A stretch of 64,000 nt of DNA from Antedon mediterranea (lineage: Eukaryota; Animalia; Echinodermata): positions 27,856,871 to 27,920,870 of the forward strand of contig NC_092676.1 of assembly GCF_964355755.1 (NCBI RefSeq). Direction: 5' to 3'. Of the stretch, positions 42,501-50,300 are shown piece after piece. Numbering within the stretch: position 1 is the stretch's first letter; every line of letters starts with the position of its first letter. The notes beneath the pieces were generated by a model. That model was not told the origin of the DNA. It ran no database searches and worked only from the letters and a program-made list of their open reading frames with translations. A program made the position numbers and the translations under genes.

Positions 42501-43813
42501 GAGGGCCCAGTTGGTGATCAGTGGCAGTGATGTACTAATACCCCCTACTCGTCTCGAAAGATGTACTAGGTTCTTTAAAGTGCACACGAGCTAGATGTGT
42601 ACACTGGACCTACGGTTTATTGTCCTTATCCGAGAAGACTCGTTCTACCACCAGAACCATGGAGTGAGTGAGCCTCAAACCCCTGCCGATGTTATGGCTA
42701 CGTAATTACGGTTCCACTGTCTTAACCGCTCGGCCACTCACTCACTCTATGGTAAATATGGTAGTGATATGACATCATCATGTCCATATATGGGCACATC
42801 ACATTTTTTTTTCACATACATTTGATAGTGAAGACAGAGCTTGACCGTGAACACCACATGACCTGGTTCATTTATCCTATATGGATATTTTTTTTGACAA
42901 ACCTATTCAGGGACATCCCTAATAAGGAAACATTTTCCTGTAAAAAGAACAAGGGGATATATAATGTTTTAACCCTGATTTTGAGCAATCTTATTAGGAG
43001 GACACTTTGTGGTGTCCATAAGTGTCCCCTTGATAGAGGTTCTTAATGTTTTAAACAATTCCTTACTTTTTAAACTGCAATGAAAGGTTGTGTGTAAGAA
43101 TCCATCAATCTGTTTCATAAACAAGCACGAATGTGCGATACTCGGGGTACAGCAAAAGAAGCTGTAATGACGTCATAAGACGGGATGTGACGTCACATAC
43201 ACATCAATAACCTACCAAATACGGCTATATGGTACCATCTTCGAGACGTCATATGGCTGCATCCGGTTTAAAATTTTAAAAAATCCAGCTCTATAGCTTT
43301 GAGGACATGTCCCTCCAGCTCTATACTACAATGGATAAGAGAGGAGTAGTACTTTATAAATCGCACTTTTTACTCAATAGTGTCGGATGGAAGAGAAGAT
43401 GAGAGAGTCCTAGACTCGGGTACCCCAAGTAAAAAATGTTATGTAGTTTGTTCGCAATCACCTAAAGTTTTTTTTATATATGTAATGATTAAAATGTACT
43501 TATGTAATATACAATATTTGTACAGGTTGAAATTATGGAAGGAAAGAACGAAAAGAAAGTATCAAAGCTATTATTGGAAGGAGACCATTTTGATGATATT
43601 AACTTACTCTACGATGTTCCACGGCGACGGTCTGTGCGGGCTCGCACTCACGTGGACCTCCACGCCCTCTCTTGTAAAGACCTCAAGTCGGTCCTGGAGC
43701 AGTTTACTTCGGTACGTACCGCAATTCGTGATATTGGACGGAACAAGTATTGGGACTACGCGACGAGCGTTGGCGCTCAGGAACATTTCCCATCGCAAGA
43801 AACTACCGTTTAA
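536..43813 (+). CDS. CNGK: Concatenated multi-repeat cyclic nucleotide-gated K+ channel (CNGK/tetraKCNG-like), 5'-partial, spliced
   Basis: GT-AG exons in one continuous frame: 536-667, 798-973, 1260-1402, [4858-4923], 10744-10977, 12032-12148, 12258-12357, 14256-14402, 15397-15581, 16400-16485, 16932-17016, 18541-18615, 20208-20375, 23465-23548, 24475-24551, 24920-24981, 25601-25829, 27232-27335, 27693-27836, 28374-28535, 31002-31118, 31772-31905, 32288-32438, 33611-33707, 34166-34368, 36318-36389, 37742-38007, 38379-38509, 39724-39861, 40479-40606, 40929-41011, 41617-41707, 42167-42307, 43526-43813 (TAA). Three GYGD pores and three CNBDs with no stop between units. The family name comes from architecture, not a database search. 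Confidence 0.88.
1442..1618. mobile_element. MITE family A (PIF/Harbinger, Tourist-like) copy
   Basis: TIR AGCTCTGTC(T/C)ACACTATCAAA, matched TTA/TTA target duplication, internal 21-nt subrepeat. Confidence 0.85.
3520..4140. repeat. Near-perfect tandem duplication, 2 x 309 bp
   Basis: agttcaaaaaaaatatatca at 3521 and 3830; only one difference noticed (acacgc/acacac). Confidence 0.9.
4858..4923 (+). CDS. Candidate 66-nt symmetric (phase 2/2) exon encoding an extracellular turret insert
   Basis: Acceptor tttttgttttaaag, donor gtttgg. Open in the frame required by both neighbours, giving ..ACITG-M-CRKDLCPSSDGLQFVLTDPGD-S-CNEGTW. GC-richer than its flanks. Confidence 0.65.
5729..5881. mobile_element. 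MITE family A copy (opposite orientation)
   Basis: Same TIRs, TTA/TTA TSD. Confidence 0.85.
6543..6957. mobile_element. Two MITE family A copies (6543-6699, 6803-6957) within a local duplication
   Basis: Both copies are followed by the same flank (gcaattgaga...ttgtagctt...ctggtccataaaatctgta), so element plus flank were duplicated together. Confidence 0.8.
7736..7875. mobile_element. MITE family A copy
   Basis: TIRs and internal consensus. Confidence 0.8.
9286..9428. mobile_element. MITE family A copy
   Basis: TIRs, TAA/TAA TSD. Confidence 0.8.
11800..11952. mobile_element. MITE family A copy
   Basis: Diverged left TIR, intact right TIR; the right end is locally duplicated (tagacagagcttaataga x2). 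Confidence 0.75.
12368..12570. repeat. 45-bp minisatellite, about 4.5 copies
   Basis: gtggaatactccatttctggtgacacactaaaaacttaaaatgca at 12371, 12416, 12461, 12506. Confidence 0.9.
15208..15347. mobile_element. MITE family A copy
   Basis: Intact TIRs, TTA/TTA TSD, about 50 nt upstream of a CNBD exon. Confidence 0.85.
15720..16030. repeat. Degenerate (CAT/TAT/TTT)n low-complexity tract
   Basis: Trinucleotide-based; a similar tract lies at about 8280-8560. Confidence 0.85.
17339..17435. repeat. 24-bp minisatellite, 4 copies
   Basis: attgaccagggcgtgtt(g/a)aaagat. Confidence 0.9.
17704..20108. mobile_element. Cluster of MITE family A copies and fragments (17704-17755, 17847-17972, 18808-18960, 19430-19633, 19949-20108)
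   Basis: Recurrent agctctgtctacactatcaaac and tcactaccatatttgggcacatcaca motifs. Fragment boundaries approximate. Confidence 0.75.
20944..21606. mobile_element. Non-autonomous DNA transposon, Ginger-like termini
   Basis: About 45-nt TIR TGTTATGCGCAATTTGAACGATTTGCGCAATTTGAAATTGCGCAA (1 mismatch), 5'-TGT...ACA-3' ends, 4-bp TSD TTGA/TTGA, subterminal TTGCGCAA repeats. Confidence 0.75.
23077..23424. mobile_element. Kolobok-like non-autonomous element
   Basis: TTAA-AGATGTATTGTCCC...GGGACAATACATCT-TTAA. Confidence 0.75.
24080..25306. mobile_element. Three intronic MITE family A copies (about 24080-24220, 24675-24813, 25179-25306)
   Basis: Family consensus; one copy in each of three consecutive introns. 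Confidence 0.75.
25920..26130 (+). mobile_element. Degenerate 5'-truncated copy of the V-SINE-like family
   Basis: cgtaggtccactgtacacatctagc...gaacctagtacatctttc...ggggttacccc, with A-rich tail. Confidence 0.6.
26655..27242. repeat. Diverged tandem repeat (130-170 bp units) overlapping an exon acceptor
   Basis: Recurrent aaaaaagttctagaaaaagagta and atttttatcaggtacaaaatca. Confidence 0.8.
28971..29376. mobile_element. Two adjacent, oppositely oriented MITE family A copies (28971-29193 with 6 internal subrepeats; 29215-29376)
   Basis: TIRs; expanded aaatatggtagtgatatgctt array in the first copy. Confidence 0.8.
31205..31382 (-). mobile_element. Short tRNA-headed SINE family C (other copies about 1700-1792, 32030-32125, 36815-36950 on +, 54120-54195)
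   Basis: Shared aattacaggatggataaac...accctggcactaggtcaggatt...ttggaaggcaagcatgttaaccaccaa.ctacagctc. Confidence 0.65.
31500..31748 (-). mobile_element. CORE-SINE-like element
   Basis: Minus-strand tRNA head (TGGCGCAGT...GGTTCGAATCC) followed by CORE-like TCCTTAGGCAAAATACTTTAC...TGCCTCTCTCCACCAAGGTGTATAAATGGG. Confidence 0.65.
33110..33536. mobile_element. Kolobok-like element, same TIR but different interior
   Basis: TTAA-AGATGTATTGT...ACAATACATCT-TTAA. Confidence 0.7.
33872..34134. mobile_element. Tc1/mariner (pogo/Tigger-type) MITE
   Basis: TA-CCGTATATCCT...AGGATATACGG-TA. Confidence 0.65.
34410..34719. mobile_element. Kolobok-like non-autonomous element
   Basis: TTAA flanks; interior homologous to 23077-23424. 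Confidence 0.75.
35436..40872. mobile_element. Series of intronic MITE family A copies (about 35436-35570, 36113-36260, 37291-37450, 38093-38231, 38525-38678, 39402-39562, 39885-40018, 40689-40872)
   Basis: TIRs; TTA/TTA TSD at 38093 and TAA/TAA at 39402. Confidence 0.8.
36422..36772. mobile_element. Kolobok-like non-autonomous element
   Basis: TTAA flanks; shares ccattggctggcagccaatttgactat with 23077-23424. Confidence 0.75.
41173..41396. mobile_element. P-element-like MITE
   Basis: Imperfect TIR of about 30 nt CAAGGCAATCT(A/G)ACAA(T/C)AGGA, flanks GTTTTAT/GTTTGAT (7 bp, 1 mismatch), internal inverted repeat TGGCTGCGACAA/TTGTCGCAGCCA. Confidence 0.6.
42361..42841. mobile_element. MITE family A copy interrupted by a V-SINE
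   Basis: Left half 42361 to about 42436 and right half about 42748-42841 join into one consensus element. Confidence 0.8.
42437..42747 (-). mobile_element. tRNA-derived SINE, V-SINE-like
   Basis: Minus-strand head with box A TGGCCGAGCGG; central TCGGATAAGGAC..TAAACCGTAGGTCC resembling the V-domain; simple-repeat tail; near-identical to 62520-62843. Confidence 0.75.
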
Positions 43814-44639
43814 AGTGCAGACTGTTGATCCTATCCCGTTATTTATACGATTACAGTACTTATAATATAATACTGAAAATTAGCACCGTTTTGGTTGTTG
43901 TGTTTTTGTCTGTTTATACTTGCACTCTTTAACAATTTTAAAATTTATAGAATTTCTTTTGTATCATTATTGAAATTGTTGTATTATAAGATGACTGAGT
44001 TTAAGTTGTTTGAATTTTAGAAAATTTAATTGTTAATATAAATATCGAATTTTGTTCATTGCCTTAGAAGGCTGTTCAGGGTTTAGTGCAATTTTTAATT
44101 AATTAATTAATTAATTAATACTACTATTAATTATACTATTAATTATACTATTATGCAAATAAACAGTTTATCTGTAATAAGCTATAGTAATACAGTTTAA
44201 TATTGAAATACAGCATGATTAAAAAAAAAATTACTTGTGATTGTAAAGAAAAAAAATGTTGAAATAAATATAGCAATTTAGTACAATAATAATGGAAATA
44301 AAACATGAATTATTAAGGTTATTATTATAAGCAAGATTAGTGATGATTTATTGTCTTGTGAATATTTAAAATCTCTTTACAAACACTATGTATAGTTACT
44401 GGTTGTTATTGTTATTCAATTACTATATTCAAATATTAATTCTTGTATCTGATATTTCAAGTGGTATTAACCTGCTTGTATTCCGTGCAATTTCACACAT
44501 TGTATATAACTTGTATTTAACTTGTAATTTGGCAATAAACTTTTGACAGCAAGTTTGCTTTTGGAATATGTATATAGTGATGGATAGGGAGAGAATGTAA
44601 ACATGTTGTGTACAGGGATTTTTTACTATATGTCTATAA

Positions 44640-45975
44640 GATGATAATAATGTGGATTTTTTTCGAAAAATGACCAAATTTCGACCTTTTTATTTTTCGA
44701 CAAAACTTGTTACTATGACTCTATAAGTTGATTATAACGCAATATATGCGCATATATGGCAATATTATTGCATAATAATAGAATTTTTAAAAGTTGATAT
44801 ATTTCCCATTTTTGAAAAAAAAAAAATTTTCGAAAAATAGCCAATTTTCGAACATTTTATTTTTTGACATAAATGGTTACTATAGCATAATAAACATGCG
44901 CAGAGTCGAATAATGGGCTCTGCGCATGCCAATTATGCTATAGTAACCAGCCCTTTTAGTTTTTGACATAAATGGTTACTATAGCATAATAAACATGCGC
45001 AAATTCGAATAATGGGCTCTGCGCATGTCAATAATGCTATAGTAACCAGTTTTATCGAAAAATAAAAAGGTCAAAATTTGGCAATTTTCTGAAAAAATCC
45101 CTGTACTATAGTACATGGAAATTTTAGAAAAATAGGCAATTTTCGACCCTTTTATTTTTTGACATAAATGGTTACTATAGCATAATAAACATGCGCAGAG
45201 TCGAATAATGGGTTCTGCACATGTCAATTATGCTATAGTAACCAGCCCTTTTATTTGTTGACATAAATGGTTACTATAGCATAATACACATGTGCAGAGT
45301 CGAATAATGGGCTCTGCGCATGTCAATAATGCTATAGTAACCAGTTTTATCGAAAAATAAAAAGGTCGAAATTTGGCCATTTTCTGAAAAAATTCCTGTA
45401 CGTTTATAGTACAGGGAAATTTTCGAAAAATAGCCAACTTTTGACCCTTTTATTTTTTGACATAAATGGTTACTATAGCATAATAAACATGCGCACAGTC
45501 GAATAATGAGTTCTGCGCATGTCAATTATGCTATAGTTACCAGCCCTTTTACTTTTGGACATAAATGGTTACTATAGCATAATAAACATGCGCAGAATCA
45601 AATAATGGGCTCTGCGCATGTCAATTAGGCTATAGTAACCAGTTTTATCGAAAAATAAAAAGGTCGATATTTGGCCATTTTCTGAAAAAATTCCTGTACT
45701 ATAGTACAGGGAAATTTTTGAAACATAGGCAATTTTCGACCCTTTTATTTTTTGACAAAAATGGTTACTATAGCATAATAAACATGCGCAGAGTCGAATA
45801 ATGGGTTCTGCGCATGTCAATTATGCTATAGTAACCAGCCCTTTTACTTTTTGACATAAATGGTTACTATAGCATAATAAACATGCGCAGAATCGAATAA
45901 TGGGCTCTGCGCATGTCAATTATGCTATAGTAACCAGTTTTATCGAAAAATAAAAAGATCAAAATTTGGCCATTT
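44640..45975. repeat. Higher-order hairpin satellite (about 295-bp unit x4, two 76-nt hairpins per unit)
   Basis: Hairpins start at 44875, 44974, 45170, 45269, 45468, 45567, 45763, 45862. Confidence 0.92.
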
Positions 45976-46482
45976 AAAATACTATTATTATAACTCGTTA
46001 CTATGACCAGTGAAGACTGAATTTCACTCTTCCCTGCTATATGACACCGTATACATAAGATGATTACAACATAATATATATAATCATAAAACAATAATAT
46101 AATCACACAATAATAATAAGTACAGCAGTATCTAACCATAGCGAAAAATAATTTAAAATACATTACAATATTCTAGCTACAATTAAAACATTTCAATTAT
46201 GTAATATATATATAATAAAACAAATATTTCAAATAAATACATCAAGGTGATTCAGTGCTCTCAAATTAAATATTCATATTTTTGTCAATATTTTACAGAT
46301 AAAATTATTAATTTAAATAATGTTATCACTCCCAGAGGATTTTAACCAGATAAATAATTGTATGGTAGGTCAAAATAAATTTCAGCATATTACAATAAAA
46401 ATATTACAGGATACGTTTAACAAAACATGTTGATATCAGCTGGACACATCGATATTCTCTAAATATTGCATCTTTTCTTCCT

Positions 46483-46800
46483 GCATTTATGTACATGGAA
46501 TAAATGGTAAACAAGGATGAGCCAATGAAAGTGAATCAATTGTGTACATGGAATAAATGGTAAACAAGGATGAGCCAATGAGAGTGAATCATTTGTGTAC
46601 ATGGAATAAATAGTAAACAAGGATAAGCCAATGAGAGTGAAGCATTTATGTACATGGAATAAATGGTAAACAAGGATGAGCCAATGAGAGTGAAGCATTT
46701 ATGTATATGGAATAAATAGTAAACAAGGATGAGCCAATGAGAGTGAATCATTTATGTACATGGAATAAGTGGTAAACAAGGATGAACCAATGAGAGTGAC
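46483..46800. repeat. 53-bp minisatellite, 6 copies
   Basis: catttatgtacatggaataaatggtaaacaaggatgagccaatgagagtgaa(t/g). Confidence 0.92.
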
Positions 46801-47318
46801 TGACACTGACACTGACTCTTGTTTTGGAATGTCATTTTCTTTTCATTATCGGAACTATATTTTGGTTGCTATATCATTGGCGTCCTTTGTCTACTGTCAC
46901 TCTAAACTTACAGAGACCCGTTTCATGTACTTAAATACACTCTACTTTTATGTGTACTATTTTAAATTAAACATATAATTATTTGAAAAGTATTTTGAAC
47001 AATCAAAATAATTTGGTGACTGGCGTAAGAAAGCAGATTCAACACATCTAAAATGACACATTGGACAGCTTGATGGTCTTGGACGGTATAACAGTCAGGC
47101 ACTTGGTGGCAATATGTGTTATAAAGTGAATGGTTCAAATCTTATAAGAAGAATATGACATTTGTGTTACTTTTTCGCTCCAAGTATAAAATAATATCAG
47201 ATAAAAGTGAAACTATGTATTAACTTTTTGTGCATTATTAGAAAACCTCTCGTCCTGTTTCTTGCTATCTATTGGTATTTGGTTAATAAAAAGGAATGTA
47301 TCAGCTGGATTTGTTGAA

Positions 47319-50300
47319 CTAAGGGTTGAATTCACTTTCAAGAGAATCTGAAAATAAAACATAAATAATAATTGATTAACAAACTTAAATATTTTCTACA
47401 ATGAACATAGGTGGATTCTAGTGGGGGTCCTGCAGGCCCAAGGCTCCCCCTAAATTTTGCAAATTGTAATGCAAAAATAGGACACTAATTTCAGTTCAGC
47501 ACCTAAAATTTGCAATTTCTAGGCCCTGGGCCCCCAACTCCATATTTCAAAATCCTGAATCCGCCACTGATGAATGTACTTCTTTCTGATATCAACCAGC
47601 ACATTTAAATTCAAAACAGTCTCTTTATATCAATCAAATTACAATCATTAATCAGGTATAAATTGGAGTTTTAATTTCTTTTAATCGAATACCTTGTTGA
47701 ACAGAAATAATACACGGGCCTCCATACAGCCTGATACATTTATGAATATGATATCCTGTGCCTCAAGGTTGAATCACTTACTATTAAATGTCTTCTTTAA
47801 TTGAATAAAAGCAATAAGGTATATAATATCTTGAAGTACATTCAACAAATGACTATCAATGTAATGTTCATGGAAAGATATGCAATCAATAATTCCTAAA
47901 TGTCAAAGGTGGAACCTTTTGAAACACAGTTTAATTCATATTGCTCAGAATAATATAATAAAATATTGTTACGGCGATGATTTATTAAAAATAGATGTTA
48001 CCTTGAACGCTGTGCCCATTAGTATTGCCTGCCTGGCTACTACTGTTAGACCATCTCATAGACACCTCAGCTGAGCTAAAATAATAATACAAAATATAAT
48101 TTGAAAGTCAACCTTGACCCAACATGTTGTCATTGATAGGAAGAGACGATATGTAATTACATGTTAGATGATGTTGCATGTGTAAAAACGTATTAATCAT
48201 GTAACGATACTCAATACATCATTGTCATTACCTTAATTCTCTGACTTCACGTTTGGATTTTCTTATTGGTGTCATGTTTCTTCTCTGATCGTCTTTTTGC
48301 AGGTGATCGACAGAACCACGACTTTCTTGAGGGTTCATATCTATATAAACATAATTTACAAAAAAAATAAAGAGATAATTTCTTCCTGTTTCGAAGGCAA
48401 TTTTTACAAACAAACCAACTACACAGTTTAATGAAAACTCTTCAACAAATTTGAATAGTAAAGTTGTTGAAATCAGGTTTGAACCCATGGGTAGCAAAAC
48501 ATAATAATAATAATAAAATCTTTATTTTAAAATGGAGGCTCGTCCACAACAAAATGTGTTCTTCCACGAGGCTGTATGAAAGAAATACAACTACTGTATC
48601 ACAAAACAAACAGATGAACAAACAAGAAAATTATACATTGAAAGGAGAAAAAAGAAAAGCCACTTGTCTGTAATAATTGTATATGTTTACCTTGACCACT
48701 AAATACAGTGGAACTTCCGATAAACTCTCGCAACTTTTTCTTAAGGTCGCGGCTAGTTTTCTTGTAGTAATACAAGTCTTTTTCAAGGGCCTTAATCTTG
48801 GCATCATACAAACTGTTTAAAATAAAATGTCACAATATGAAATAAACATATTGTTGGTGTATTTAAACCAAAGAGAATATAATTTATTATTAATAATAAC
48901 AACAATATCAATAACAACAACAATAATAATAATATGGACCCCAATGGAAATAAGCTGGAATGATATTTACCGGCTTTTTTGGGTTATCCATGGAAGACTA
49001 CCGTATGTTTTAATTGTTCTTGTTTACCAATTGTAATGTATATTTGTGTACTTCCGAATAAATTCAAATCAAATATGGATTTATATAGCGCACATACCAC
49101 TCAAGAGTGCTGAAGGTGCAGATATACATTACCATTATTATAGAGTTATTACACAACTAGAGGGCTTGGTGTAATTGTATTGGATTGACACTAGTCATAC
49201 AGTATAACACCACTATGGGTGTATTCAATACTGTACCTTGGTGTGTTGGACCCAGCTATGGGGTGTATTCAAAACTGTACCTTGGTGTGTTGGACCCAGG
49301 GGTGTATTCAATACTGTACCTTGGTGTGTTGGACCCAGCTATGGGGTGTATTCAATACTGTACCTTGGTGTGTTGGACCCAGCTATGGGGTGTATTCAAT
49401 ACTGTACCTTGGTGTGTTGGACCCAGCTATGGGGTGTATTCAATACTGTACCTTGGTGTGTTGGACCCAGACACTTCAATTTGTTTCATGAGAAACTGAA
49501 CTCTCTCCTGATGTTGTTTCTGTTGTTCTGTCAATTTTCTATCCATTTCAATTTCTGTTCTCTGCAGTGCCCCATCTAACTCTCTAACAAGCCTTTCCTG
49601 CTCATCAATTTTCATCTAAATTGTTAGTAAAATGCTATGAATTAACTAATGCAGAACATAGTGTTTTATTGATCAACATGTCCTTGATACCAAATTTCTA
49701 TTATACACATCCAACAGCGAGGAACTTGCCAATTACAGGATGGATAAACTATTTTCAAATTTATTGTGCTTATAAACTAAGCCTAATTTGAGGCTTAAGG
49801 AGTGGAGTTGAAAGAGTCATGAGTTACAACCCTGGCACTAGGTCAGGATTAAACCCCAGACCTTGGAAGGCAAGCATGTTAACCACCAAGCTACAGCTCC
49901 ACTACTTTCTGATTAATCAAATAAATTTACCTCTAATTCATTAACTTCAAGCTGCTTTTGTTTTTCAATTTCTCGTAAATCGACAACTTTTCCAAAATAT
50001 CTGGCAAGAAGTGCTTTTGTTTCAGGAGTTGACAACGAGCTTAGCCTGTCCATTAATTCAGTCTCACTCTATATATAATAAATACTTTCAATGACATAAT
50101 ATATCCATAGCAAAAAAAGATGCTTAATCTGAGAAATTATTATACAGATAAAAAAAATTGAGGTTGTACAGAATAACAGACAAAATATATAAATATACAT
50201 GTAAACAACAACCTGCAATGAGTAAACAATTGAGTTTGACAAATTTTACTATAAAATACTTTTTCTAAAATTAAAAACCATCAGAAAAAACTTATTTTTC

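Larger units (their letters stand above)
34166..43813 (+). other. Channel unit C (C-terminal, probably repeat IV)
   Basis: S4 LTILRLIHLVRLYRL; pore YWCVATLTSTGYGDI (39724-39861); degenerate CNBD HFDDINLLYDVPRRRSVRA; stop at 43813. Confidence 0.85.

Noticed and set aside
536-43813. Three separate tandem KCNH/HCN-like genes
   Set aside because: Linker exons connect each CNBD to the next S1 in frame with matching splice phases, and only one stop codon is found.
43380-43932. 161-aa ORF and other ORFs overlapping the last channel exon
   Set aside because: Alternative-frame or antisense shadows of a GC-richer real exon, with no independent support.
44640-45975. CRISPR-like array of palindromic repeats, and repeated minus-strand ORFs (MTCAEPIIRL...)
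   Set aside because: The sequences between the palindromes are themselves repeated rather than unique spacers, there are no cas genes, and the context is eukaryotic. The ORFs are by-products of the satellite.
46459-46978. Repetitive ORFs (HSHWLILVYHLFHVH)
   Set aside because: Translations of the 53-bp minisatellite.
49185-49579. Three overlapping plus-strand repetitive ORFs
   Set aside because: Produced by the 44-bp minisatellite, antisense to the kinesin.
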